This document shows positions 10,745 to 20,001 of a stretch of 64,000 bases of DNA, piece by piece. The stretch is from Patescibacteria group bacterium (GTDB lineage: Bacteria; Patescibacteriota; Patescibacteriia; JAHIZJ01): positions 9,721-73,720 of the forward strand of contig JAQTMH010000001.1 of the NCBI GenBank assembly GCA_028714495.1. Direction: 5' to 3'. The notes under the pieces are model-generated. The model ran no database searches. It saw only the letters and a list, made by a program, of their open reading frames with translations, and was not told the origin of the DNA. Position 1 is the first letter of the stretch, and each line of letters begins with the position of its first letter. The translations under genes and the position numbers were made by a program.

Positions 10745-10768
10745 AGTTGCCGCCGCCAGCATCGCAAT

Positions 10769-10808
10769 AGGCTCCTCGTGGCATTCGCCGCTTGGAGCCT
10801 CTTTTTTT
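10769..10808 (+). terminator. Rho-independent terminator
   Basis: AGGCTCC...GGAGCCT stem followed by CTTTTTTT. Confidence 0.55.
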
Positions 10809-10914
10809 AATACAGAAAAATGATGCCCTGCTTCAGACGGAATTTAGAATATCCTAATAAACAAAAAGGATGAAGATATATTGCTCATTGTTCTAGCTTG
10901 TACAAATCTTTTGT

Positions 10915-11035
10915 CAAAACCCACCGGCGAAAAATGCCCGGACTGCGGCTCACTCCTGGTCTACGCGAAAAAAGGCACCATCGCCTGCTCCAGCAAGGAG
11001 TGCAAATTCACCAAATCAGCCGACGAGATAAAATA
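10915..11035 (+). repeat. Duplicate of the topA 3' end (right-hand direct repeat)
   Basis: About 121 nt nearly identical to 8413-8541. Three substitutions, all synonymous in the topA frame, and a different terminal codon context. Confidence 0.85.
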
Positions 11036-11097
11036 ACCAGGATATAAAAAATCGCTTCATTTCTAAAATGAGGTATTTTATTGGTGTATTTGTTTAT

Positions 11098-12168
11098 TTA
11101 TTCTAGAACTGACTTTTCAAATTCGCATATTCCGAATATTTTCTCAAATTCGGTTGTGGTTTTTATCAGCTTTCCATGAGGGAAAATATTTCGCAAGAGC
11201 GGTTTATTTTTAATTCTGGATATCATTTCATCGGTCGGCCGCCAATCAATCCCCGCCTGATCAAATAACATTTTCAGCTGGTAACACTCCTGTTTCATTA
11301 CTAATGATTTCAAATCTTCAAAATCCAGTTGGCGGATCTCTTTATATATTTCAGTGGCTTTGAAGGAAAATTCGTCAATAAGATTATCGATGGTTATCGC
11401 ATCCAAAGGTTTTTTATCCGCAGATACGGCAAATTTTTTCATGCCCTCAACCGGGCTTAGCCCGTGAGAAATCGTATGGCAGCCGACAAAGGATATTTCC
11501 AATTCCACGCCCGAATAAACGGTATAAATGATAATTTCTTTTGCGCTCGCCAAATATCTTTTTGGCCACAACTCTTTTGGTCGGAGATTGGGAAAATGAC
11601 GGATTAAAAATATCTGTTTAGATTCTAAGTGATAAGGTCCATAAGCGTCCCAGCCGAGATCAGTAACCAAATCATTATAGAGACCATGGACAAACGAACC
11701 AACCGCGGTTATTAGTCGTCCAATTTTTCTGGCATATTGAATATCGGCTTTATTCCATTTAATATTCTTTATCAATCCATCAATCTCTGATTTTGTCTGA
11801 AACGGATTTGATTTAAGAGCGAATGGATCGTCCGGGCAGCTCTCCTTGAGCAGACGCGCGAAAAAATTCGCGACTAACTTGTAATCCTTCAGATAATACT
11901 CTTTATTTTCTGCGTGACTGGCATGATAAGAGGATATCAGCTTCATGAGAATCGCGCGCATGTTTGAAGGCGGCGGCAGTATTTCTCTAATCTCATTAAA
12001 ATGTCTTGATTCTAAGTCCAATTTTGTGATCGCCTGCGAGATGCGGGCGATCCACAGGTCATACCAAAGAGGGAAGAAATGATAAAAATCAAGCGGTTGA
12101 AACCCCTCTAATACCTGCCCCTTGAGCAGGTTTGAGGCGGATCTTGAAAATTCTTTAACCCAGGTCAT
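11098..12168 (-). CDS. Hypothetical protein (356 aa), overlapped by the upstream PEP-utilizer domain gene
   Basis: Start overlaps the preceding gene by 14 nt. No recognisable motif. Possibly the C-terminal partner of a split or permuted protein. Confidence 0.5.
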   Translation of the reverse strand: MTWVKEFSRSASNLLKGQVLEGFQPLDFYHFFPLWYDLWIARISQAITKLDLESRHFNEIREILPPPSNMRAILMKLISSYHASHAENKEYYLKDYKLVANFFARLLKESCPDDPFALKSNPFQTKSEIDGLIKNIKWNKADIQYARKIGRLITAVGSFVHGLYNDLVTDLGWDAYGPYHLESKQIFLIRHFPNLRPKELWPKRYLASAKEIIIYTVYSGVELEISFVGCHTISHGLSPVEGMKKFAVSADKKPLDAITIDNLIDEFSFKATEIYKEIRQLDFEDLKSLVMKQECYQLKMLFDQAGIDWRPTDEMISRIKNKPLLRNIFPHGKLIKTTTEFEKIFGICEFEKSVLE

Positions 12169-12484
12169 ATATTTCTCCTTTTTGGCCGTCGACCCGGATG
12201 CGCCTGCCGTTTTTTATTTTTTCGGTTGCCTTTTTCGTATTAACAATACAGGGAATTCCCATTTCGCGACTGAGTATTGCCGGATGCGAAGTAATCCCCC
12301 CGATGTCCGTAATAATTGCCGCGGCTTTTATCATCGCGGTCACCATGGTGGGGTCGGTAATGGCGGCTACCAAAACATCGCCCTCCTTGAATGAAGACGG
12401 GTCGTCCCCGGAATGAAATATCCTGGCTGCGCCCTCGGCTATTCCCGGGCTGGCGCCTATGCCTTTTAGCAATATTTTTTTCAT
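12155..12484 (-). CDS. PEP-utilizing enzyme mobile (phosphohistidine swivel) domain protein
   Basis: GGITSHPAILSREMGIPCIV matches the PEP-utilizers His-domain signature (GG-x-TSHAAI-x-RE-x-G-x-P). Confidence 0.7.
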   Translation of the reverse strand: MKKILLKGIGASPGIAEGAARIFHSGDDPSSFKEGDVLVAAITDPTMVTAMIKAAAIITDIGGITSHPAILSREMGIPCIVNTKKATEKIKNGRRIRVDGQKGEIYDLG

Positions 12485-12557
12485 GTTGTAGAATAATCAG
12501 ATATTTCGTCTAACGTTCGCGTCTCATGCGCTGTCCGCCTCCGTTTGTCAAATACGT

Positions 12558-12962
12558 TTAAATATTGTCCAAATTTCCGTGTAGCACTACCGAATCTACC
12601 GCGATAAGTTCTTCATAGTGCGGATGGTCTTCGTGTATCGGATTAAGTAAAAATATTTTCTTTTGAAGAAAGATGGCAACAGATAGTTCCATTAAAGTAT
12701 TTGACCCAAAGTAACCCTTAATACCCTTCTTCTCGTGGTTTATTATTAATATGGCGTCGGAACTTTCGATCCTTTTGAAATGAAACTTGGTCCAAACAGG
12801 TTTCATTGCTAACAAATTTTCACGGCCATTATTTTTCTGATACCACTCCTCGGTAACTAATGGATCTGGAACATAAATCTCATGGCCTTTTTTCTTTAAA
12901 TGTTCAGCAGCCTTGCCCATTTCTTCCGCAAAGGTGGCACTTCCACATATTGTAATAATCAT
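12558..12962 (-). CDS. Nucleoside 2-deoxyribosyltransferase-like protein
   Basis: Small Rossmann-like protein (MIITICGS...GSNTLMELSVA) with a conserved Glu in a G-T-x-x-E-l context. Family assignment is tentative. Confidence 0.4.
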   Translation of the reverse strand: MIITICGSATFAEEMGKAAEHLKKKGHEIYVPDPLVTEEWYQKNNGRENLLAMKPVWTKFHFKRIESSDAILIINHEKKGIKGYFGSNTLMELSVAIFLQKKIFLLNPIHEDHPHYEELIAVDSVVLHGNLDNI

Positions 12963-12987
12963 AGAATTGAAAATATGTTGTGCGCTG

Positions 12988-13365
12988 TTAGATATATTTT
13001 CTGCAATTTTTGCTGCCGCAATCGCACTTAAAGTGCAGCTGTATATCGGCTACCGAGTAATCTGATGTGATTTCCTCGCCTTTTTTAATATCTTTGATCG
13101 CCACATCGCAGTTATTCCCTACTTTGGTATTTGGATCGCAAGAGTGATTTACAAATCGCTCAGGCTTTTGTTGCAGCAGGAATTCACCAGGCGTGTAGTG
13201 TGAGACATGGTGCCGTTCAGACTCAGGCAGCCTATCCACTTCTTCTTTTGTCAAAACCTTTTTAGATTTCCATTTCAACACTACTTCACCGCGTTTGAAA
13301 TTTCGTATGGCAAAAACCCCCTTCTTATTGAGTTTCGATTTTTTTACAACAATATCTTTTGACAT
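12988..13365 (-). CDS. SET-domain protein-lysine methyltransferase with post-SET Cys cluster
   Basis: GVFAIRNFKRGEVV (GxG region), NHSCDPN (NHSCxPN motif), EEITSDY (ELxxDY) and a C-terminal CDCGSKNC post-SET cluster. Confidence 0.8.
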   Translation of the reverse strand: MSKDIVVKKSKLNKKGVFAIRNFKRGEVVLKWKSKKVLTKEEVDRLPESERHHVSHYTPGEFLLQQKPERFVNHSCDPNTKVGNNCDVAIKDIKKGEEITSDYSVADIQLHFKCDCGSKNCRKYI

Positions 13366-13408
13366 AAGAAATGAGGAATGGTGTATAACATTTGTGTCTC
13401 ATGCGCTG

Positions 13409-13870
13409 TTAAGTTATTCCTAGCTGTTTATCTAATGGGGGATTTGAAAAATATACACGTACCGCAGTACCAGGTTCCATATATTCTATCATCTCAAAGT
13501 TGCCTTTATCGATTAGTGAAAAGCCCTTTTGATTAAGATGTGCCTTTTTGAATTCATCATAGTTAGACAGGGTGAAATCAGCATCACCCCGCTCAGGCCT
13601 GGTGGGATCAGGTTTGCGTATTTTAAGCAACTGTAGGTTCCCGGCCACAGTCGGTAAAGGTGCAATTTGAAAAAGAGGACCGGTTTTTGTTTCTTGGACC
13701 ACCTTTCCTAACTGCCCAGCAAGATTAATAACTGAGGTATATTCCTCATCGTTTTGGCAAAAAATGCAAGCATAATTCACTGGAGCAGGGTCATTGACAA
13801 ACTTCCGTTTCAGTACTTCAGCCTGAGCGATAATATCTTGTATGGTATTCTTCAAATCATCTATGTTCAT
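13409..13870 (-). CDS. Hypothetical protein (153 aa)
   Basis: ORF with a CxxC (CIFCQ) near the N-terminus. No recognisable family. Confidence 0.4.
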   Translation of the reverse strand: MNIDDLKNTIQDIIAQAEVLKRKFVNDPAPVNYACIFCQNDEEYTSVINLAGQLGKVVQETKTGPLFQIAPLPTVAGNLQLLKIRKPDPTRPERGDADFTLSNYDEFKKAHLNQKGFSLIDKGNFEMIEYMEPGTAVRVYFSNPPLDKQLGIT

Positions 13871-14126
13871 ATCTTATGTTTAATAATCCTATGCGCCGAA
13901 GTGTATGGCTGATAACGTTTGCGTATATCTGATGTCGTGCGTAGCGGGATATAGGCGGAGGCTCGCCGGAGGCGAACCGGAGCCAGATATACGCTGTTAG
14001 ATGGTGTATGCTTTTCTTTTCTCGACGATGAGTCGGGCTACTTTTCTGTAATGAACAAATTTTATTTTCGTCTTGGCGAAAGGGCATAGGGGTCGGGGGT
14101 GAATGCCCCGTAGGCAAGACACGTTA

Positions 14127-15512
14127 TCATGGTAATTCTGGAAAAGTAACAATACCGCCTATCCCATTTTTTATTACATCGCGACACCTTTTTGCAAATT
14201 CTTCATTCTTTGTCTCTTTCACATATTTTGCAACACGGAAAAGGTCAGCAGTTCTTACTAAAACACAATTTGATGATTTCGCTGTATTAATACATTTCGT
14301 CGTAAATTGTTCTGCTCGTTCAGATGGTTTCGTGAGTCGAAAACCATTTCCGAATAAAATACCAACCGCGGGGTACTCCACCTCGCCTCTTTGCAGATCC
14401 TCATGAATATTTACAGCAAGTTGCCTAAATTTATCAATGTTTATCGCGGAAGTATCCTTGCCTTCGGCCTCACCAATAAATCGATCTTTTTCCGGCGAAG
14501 TGATAATGTGATCTAATTCAAGATTACCATCATTATAGTTTTCCGAAGAATACCCTAAAATTTCTAGGGCGGTAGTAATTGCATTCTCGAGTATCTTTCC
14601 TTTTTCAAAAAGTAAATCTCTTAATTTAATTTCCTCATCAATTTTTTTCAGCAGTTCGTTCTTTTGTGAGATGAGTTTTTCAATTTCCTTTGCTTTATTT
14701 TCAACACCTTTATGCAAAACCTCCACTTGTGCCAATCGAAAATCTATCTCGTTTGTCCAATCAGGAGGAGGAGTTACATCTCCGCCTTTTCGGAGCGCTT
14801 TATCAATATCAACTAGTGATTTGGCTAAAGATTTACCAAACTGAGTTGCCTTTTTCGTCCAGTATTTATTCCTTCCCTTCCCCTTAGATTCAGTAAATTT
14901 TTTCTCATCGTAACTTATATAAGGCAAAACGATCAGATTGCCACTTTTAACCTTGAAGATTGCTCCTAAAAGCTTTGTCTTATCCTTACCTGTAAAAAGA
15001 ATCTGCGCCTCAGGCGTGTTTTCTATATAGAGCTGATATCCTAAATATTCTTTAAACTTATCGTAAAAATCACTAACTATTGGGTTTCCAGAAAATGTAA
15101 CGTTTTTTCCGGAGGCGGATACTAATGTTCCGATACTGATTGGTAAAAAATCATAGTTAGTTTTCGTATATGTACTGTGTAAATTTTCGCCTTTCCTGGG
15201 GTGTGATACTCCAGATGAAAGCATCTGAGTTTTTTCTTTGGACAGAATGATAAAAACACTTTTTCCAGATTGTAAAAAATCTGCTATTTCTTTTTTGAGA
15301 TGAGAAATTTTTTCCTCATATTCACGTGATGTTGGAGCATTGTAGCAACCTCCTCCTGACGAAAATTCGACCCAACTCCCTCTTGGATATAGTTCTTCTG
15401 GTGAAATCAATAATATATCAGCGTCCATCAGGGACACATCATCATAAAAATCAATATAACTTTCATCCAATGTTGGTATTGTATACCCGATTGTGAAAAT
15501 CAGTTTTTCCAT
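14127..15512 (-). CDS. Hypothetical protein (461 aa) with central coiled coil
   Basis: Long Lys/Glu-rich coiled-coil segment (KEIEKLISQKNELLKKIDEEIKLRDLLFEKGK). The C-terminal region has a D...E-x-K-like arrangement (LELDHII...GEAEGKD) faintly reminiscent of PD-(D/E)xK nucleases. Unverified. Confidence 0.45.
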   Translation of the reverse strand: MEKLIFTIGYTIPTLDESYIDFYDDVSLMDADILLISPEELYPRGSWVEFSSGGGCYNAPTSREYEEKISHLKKEIADFLQSGKSVFIILSKEKTQMLSSGVSHPRKGENLHSTYTKTNYDFLPISIGTLVSASGKNVTFSGNPIVSDFYDKFKEYLGYQLYIENTPEAQILFTGKDKTKLLGAIFKVKSGNLIVLPYISYDEKKFTESKGKGRNKYWTKKATQFGKSLAKSLVDIDKALRKGGDVTPPPDWTNEIDFRLAQVEVLHKGVENKAKEIEKLISQKNELLKKIDEEIKLRDLLFEKGKILENAITTALEILGYSSENYNDGNLELDHIITSPEKDRFIGEAEGKDTSAINIDKFRQLAVNIHEDLQRGEVEYPAVGILFGNGFRLTKPSERAEQFTTKCINTAKSSNCVLVRTADLFRVAKYVKETKNEEFAKRCRDVIKNGIGGIVTFPELP

Positions 15513-15735
15513 AGTTGAAAATAATCCTTTTCGAGGTGTAGCTGGGAAAGCACCATAGCCCCCCCTTTAAAAAATTCGAAAATAAAATTTGTTCATTGCA
15601 GATAAAGTATAGGCGTCAGCCGTGAAAAGAAAAGCATATGCCATATAACTCGTTTTTATGCGAATAAAGTGTGTGATATACCCCAATTATTGCATATTCT
15701 ACGAAATATGGCTAATTATCGCCATAAGTGGATAT

Positions 15736-15766
15736 ATAAAATCACCCCGCTTAGCGAGGTGATTTC
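15736..15766 (-). terminator. Rho-independent terminator of the 776-aa membrane protein gene
   Basis: Minus strand: AAATCACC-loop-GGTGATTT followed by TTTTATATAT. Confidence 0.55.
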
Positions 15767-15790
15767 TTTATCTGCTTGGATTATTTTTAC

Positions 15791-18121
15791 TTATAGCGTT
15801 ACGCCAAGATCCTGGAGCTTTTGCTTGATCGTGGCATTATTCGGGTTATTGTCATATATTCTCTTGAAGAGGGTGATCGCCCCGTCTCTATCTCCCTCGG
15901 CGAGAATGATTTCACCCAGCTGATAAGCCGCGTTAGCGTGGTTGGGCGAGATATTCAGCACGTCGACAAACATCTGCTTAGCCTGGTCCTTTTTATCAGC
16001 CGCGAGATACAGCTGTCCCAATTCATATTTAATATCAACCACGTCGGGGTAGCGGGTGGCCAAGGCTTCCAGTCCGGTCGTCGCCTTGCTTGGATCGCCC
16101 AATAATTCATAAACCACTTCGTGTTTAAATTCCGCGACCGCGTAATCAGTTTTTAGTTCGGCGGCTTTCTGATAATAGGTCTGGGCTTTGGCATAGGCCT
16201 GCTTGGACTGTTCGGTAAGCTCGGCGGCCTGATCCTTATTGTCTTCGGTGATGCTCGCGGCAATGGCTTGGCCCATCAGCACGGAGTTATCCCCGGCTTC
16301 GATATAGGCCAGGGGATTGTTTTTGTCATGCTCAATCCACTGGTCAAAAATACCGGACAAATCAGAATACACGCTCGGCACCAGCTGATCCAGGCCGGAA
16401 TAAATGCTGATAAAGTTCTGGTAGGCCATCGCGTCTGTTTTATCCAGGCTGAGGCCGTCATTTAAAGATATCAAAGCCTGGGTCACGAGCTGATTAAATT
16501 TAGTGGCATCGCTAAAATTCTGATCAGAAGCCAGAATCTGAATTTCCGTTACTAGGCTCTGGGCGAGCGCGAAATGGTAGGCTGATTCACGATCATTGAG
16601 CTCAATTGCCCGGTTGAATTGCTTCTCAGCTGTTTGATAGTCGCTCTGAGCTAAAGCCCGGCTGCCCCTGACGTAGTGATTCTCCGCGAGCCAAACCGTG
16701 CCAGCCACGTAAAGAAACACCAGCCCCAAAACCACCACTAACGAAAATATTATGGAGCTCATAAAGCCGCTCGCGCCGGTTGGCTGGGTTTTGATAGTTT
16801 CCTCTTTATTTTCAGTCACCGTACAGACGCCGAGAGCGATCAGCAGCCAGAGGGTGAAACTCAAGATGAAACAATACGGGTAAAAGAAACCCACGGCGAA
16901 TAGCATTGCCCAAGCCGTGAAAAGGGTGGACCTCAACATCCAGGTAAAAGCCTCGCTCCGATCTTTTATCGCCTGGCGCAGCAACTTAATGCCGAATCTG
17001 ACTAATAGGAAGAGCAGCACAATCGTGGCTAAGGTGCCGGTGGTTATTAAAATCTGCAAGAATTCGCTCGAGCCTTTGATAAAGCTTAGGTTCCACAAGT
17101 CTGTATTATTGAAGGCGATCGGACGGTGAAGCGCCAGGGCCCGGTCAAAAAGCTCAGGACCAATTCCAAAGAGCGGCGAGCTCTTTAGAGTCGAGGTAGC
17201 GACCGACCAAGTGGTTTGCTGGCTTAAGACCACGTCTTCAGACAGACTAATATCGGTCAAACTCGGGACATCGACAAAAATCAAAACCGCTGACAGCACT
17301 AGCAATATGGTCGGCAGGATCACCCAGCGGGATTCCAGCTCCCGCGATTTAAGAGTGAGGAATATCAAGAAAACAAACAGTCCGCCGATGACCGTGTACC
17401 AGACTAAATTCATGTCCAGCAAAAATAATACGGCAAAATCGATCAGACAGCCCAAAGCCAGGAGGAATCGCGGTAGGGGTTTTTTGACAAACATTAAAAA
17501 GCCCAACATCAACGGCAGCACCACGGCCATGAAAATCCCCAATACCAAGGCCGAATTAAAAAGCAAATTAAAGCCCTGCGTTTTGGTCGTGTCCGAAAGG
17601 AAGACATAAACCTTGAACATCTGCAAAAGCGCCACCAACCCCACGAGCGCGCTAGAAACCAGAAACGCCACGACCAGTTTCACGATTTCTTTCAGGGACC
17701 GAAAATTATTCACCACTAAAAAGTAAAACAAGACAAAAAACATTACCAGAATAAAAGTGTGATGATAATAATTTGTCACGCCGGCCAAACTGACATACCA
17801 GTTTTTCGAAAACAACGTAACCACCAGGTAAATCAGGCCGAATACTACCACCGGCACATCCAGGAATGACCGGCGGAAATTAACCTTTTTCTGAAAAACC
17901 ATCTGCCCCAGCCAGGCCATAACGCCGATCAGCGTCAAAATGCAAAAAAGCAGGCTCTTATTAAAATCAAAAACGCCGGGCGTGGCGGTTAAGAAGAAAA
18001 GTGGCGTGAAAATTACGCTGAGATAGACTGACGCCTTAATAATCAGATTAGCCCAGGAAAACGATTCTCGGTGAAAGAGCGAAGAAAAAAATCGCGGTTT
18101 TTGGGTTTGAAAGACTTCCAT
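15791..18121 (-). CDS. Polytopic membrane protein, O-antigen ligase/polymerase-like N-terminal domain fused to C-terminal TPR repeats
   Basis: More than ten predicted TM helices in the first ~430 aa. The C-terminal ~330 aa are degenerate TPR repeats (AYHFALAQS..., YELGQLYLAAD..., AAYQLGEIILAEGD...). Confidence 0.55.
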   Translation of the reverse strand: MEVFQTQKPRFFSSLFHRESFSWANLIIKASVYLSVIFTPLFFLTATPGVFDFNKSLLFCILTLIGVMAWLGQMVFQKKVNFRRSFLDVPVVVFGLIYLVVTLFSKNWYVSLAGVTNYYHHTFILVMFFVLFYFLVVNNFRSLKEIVKLVVAFLVSSALVGLVALLQMFKVYVFLSDTTKTQGFNLLFNSALVLGIFMAVVLPLMLGFLMFVKKPLPRFLLALGCLIDFAVLFLLDMNLVWYTVIGGLFVFLIFLTLKSRELESRWVILPTILLVLSAVLIFVDVPSLTDISLSEDVVLSQQTTWSVATSTLKSSPLFGIGPELFDRALALHRPIAFNNTDLWNLSFIKGSSEFLQILITTGTLATIVLLFLLVRFGIKLLRQAIKDRSEAFTWMLRSTLFTAWAMLFAVGFFYPYCFILSFTLWLLIALGVCTVTENKEETIKTQPTGASGFMSSIIFSLVVVLGLVFLYVAGTVWLAENHYVRGSRALAQSDYQTAEKQFNRAIELNDRESAYHFALAQSLVTEIQILASDQNFSDATKFNQLVTQALISLNDGLSLDKTDAMAYQNFISIYSGLDQLVPSVYSDLSGIFDQWIEHDKNNPLAYIEAGDNSVLMGQAIAASITEDNKDQAAELTEQSKQAYAKAQTYYQKAAELKTDYAVAEFKHEVVYELLGDPSKATTGLEALATRYPDVVDIKYELGQLYLAADKKDQAKQMFVDVLNISPNHANAAYQLGEIILAEGDRDGAITLFKRIYDNNPNNATIKQKLQDLGVTL

Positions 18122-18129
18122 ATAAAGTC

Positions 18130-18996
18130 CTATTCGTTATTAATTAATCTATTAGTTAGCGAGCGAAGTTCCTCCTCCGAGTAGTATTCAATGACGATTT
18201 TGCCCCCGCTCCCCTGCTTGGTAATTTTTACCTTAGTGCCGAGTTTTCCGGCCAGCTTTTCTTCCAGGCTTCGGATTTCCGGTTCCGGACCGATTTTCCG
18301 GCGGTGGGCTTTGACGCTGACTGAGCGAATTTGCCCCTCGGTTTGGCGCACGGTCAGGCCGTGAACGATGATCCTTTTTAAATACTTCAGCTGTTCCTCG
18401 GCGCTGGATAAACTTAAGAGGGCCTTAGCATGCCCCTCCGAAATGGTGTTCCCTATTATAGCCTCTTTCACCTCTTGAGGCAAATTGAGCAGCCGCAGGG
18501 TGTTGGTAATCTGACTGCGGCTCTGGCCGACCTTTCTGGACACCTCTTCCTGGGTTAATCCAAATTCATCGATCAGTTGCTGAAAAGCCCGGGCTCGATC
18601 CAAGGGATTTAAATTCTCGCGCTGGAGATTCTCGATCAAGGCTATTTCCAGCTTTTCATTATCTCTCAGGGTACGAATAAGCGCTGGTATGGTTTTCAGG
18701 CCGAGCATTTTTGACGCCTGATACCGCCGCTCTCCGGCAATCAGTTGATAGCCATTTTTGCTTGGCGAGACCAGGACCGGCTGAATTATGCCGTGCGCCT
18801 TAATCGAATTGACTAAATCTTCCAGGTCGTGGCGATCCATTTTAGAACGCGGCTGTCTGGGATTCGCTGAAATTTCTTCCAGCGGTATATCGACAACTTC
18901 TTTCTTGCCCATAATTGGTCTGGTGCTGACCGCTTTGTCGGCGCGTTCCGGGATGAGGGCGTTTAATCCCCGTCCGAGGCCCTGAAGTTTATTCAT
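18130..18996 (-). CDS. parB: Chromosome partitioning protein ParB/Spo0J
   Basis: ParB-box motifs (GLGRGLNALIP, LIAGERRYQASKMLGL) and an HTH. Confidence 0.85.
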   Translation of the reverse strand: MNKLQGLGRGLNALIPERADKAVSTRPIMGKKEVVDIPLEEISANPRQPRSKMDRHDLEDLVNSIKAHGIIQPVLVSPSKNGYQLIAGERRYQASKMLGLKTIPALIRTLRDNEKLEIALIENLQRENLNPLDRARAFQQLIDEFGLTQEEVSRKVGQSRSQITNTLRLLNLPQEVKEAIIGNTISEGHAKALLSLSSAEEQLKYLKRIIVHGLTVRQTEGQIRSVSVKAHRRKIGPEPEIRSLEEKLAGKLGTKVKITKQGSGGKIVIEYYSEEELRSLTNRLINNE

Positions 18997-19781
18997 GGTT
19001 TAGGTGTATTAATTGGTTTTATTTCAGTATCGATAACTTCTCGGCCCAGCCGCTGATAGGCGTTGGCTGCCCGGGAGCGCAGAGCGTAGTCCCGAATCGG
19101 CAGGCCGTGGCTGGGCGCTTCGGCTAGTTTGATATTTCGGGGAATGACTGAACGGAAAATGCGGTTGGGAAAGTATTTGTAAAGTTCTTCCATTACTTCC
19201 CGGGTCAATTTATATCTCGGATCATACATAGTCATGACCGCGCCCAGAATCTGCAAATCACTGTTTAGATTGTTTCTTACCAAATCAATCGTATTCAGAA
19301 GCTGGCCCAAGCCCTCCAGGGCAAAATATTCGCACTGGACTGGAATCAGCACCTCCCGCGAGGCGACCAGGCCATTGATCGTCAATAAGCCGAGCGAGGG
19401 CGGGCTGTCGATAATAATATAGTCATAGTCTGACAATACTTCACGAAGATTGTCTTGCAAAAGATACTCCCGGCGCGGCAAATTTACCAGTTCGACTGTC
19501 GCCCCGGCCAGAGAAATGGTCGCCGGAGCAATTTTATAGCCGTATAAATGGGTGTCGCGAACAACCTCGCTCAAGGACGTCGGGGTCAAGAGAACCTCGT
19601 AAATGCCCCGGTCTATTTCTCGGTGGTTCAGGCCTAATCCGCTGGTGGCATTGGCCTGCGGATCAATATCAATCAGCAGGACAAATTTGCCCATGGCGGC
19701 TAAAGCCGCGCCAAGGTTTATGGCCGTGGTGGTCTTCCCCACTCCGCCCTTTTGATTGACAACCGAAATTATCCTGGACAT
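18993..19781 (-). CDS. parA: Chromosome partitioning ATPase ParA/Soj
   Basis: Deviant Walker A (KGGVGKTTTAINLGAALA). 4-nt overlap with parB. Confidence 0.9.
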   Translation of the reverse strand: MSRIISVVNQKGGVGKTTTAINLGAALAAMGKFVLLIDIDPQANATSGLGLNHREIDRGIYEVLLTPTSLSEVVRDTHLYGYKIAPATISLAGATVELVNLPRREYLLQDNLREVLSDYDYIIIDSPPSLGLLTINGLVASREVLIPVQCEYFALEGLGQLLNTIDLVRNNLNSDLQILGAVMTMYDPRYKLTREVMEELYKYFPNRIFRSVIPRNIKLAEAPSHGLPIRDYALRSRAANAYQRLGREVIDTEIKPINTPKP

Positions 19782-20001
19782 TATCCCGGGTTACTGCTTA
19801 ACTAATGACCTAAGTATAAAATAAAAATGGTATTATTTCAATAGCGTTAATCAGCAATTTTTTATCAATAATATTCATTGACAAAAAGCTAATTTTTCCT
19901 TACGCTTACTGCTGAAAGCCGGAGTGGCGGAACCCCGCACTACAACTCACTCCGTTCGTCGAGTACGGGGCAGGCTGGCAGACGTATCCCGCATCTGTGG
20001 T

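Noticed and set aside
10541-10762. Minus-strand ORF with an HHHHHHG run (His-rich)
   Set aside because: It is antisense to the better-supported plus-strand ORF 10469-10744, which has an SD and a terminator. The His run is the reverse complement of the MVMVMMH codons.
12400-14200. Calling the junction elements bona fide integron attC sites, i.e. an integron
   Set aside because: Core/inverse-core-like ends are present, but two junctions are only 25 and 43 nt (below the usual attC size range). Only one junction shows a clear internal palindrome. No intI tyrosine recombinase or attI is visible in the window. Reported as cassette-like, not as an integron.
19800-19920. AT-rich region next to parA as a possible oriC with DnaA boxes
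   Set aside because: No clear TTATCCACA-like 9-mers were found by eye. dnaA and dnaN are not in the window, so no call was made.
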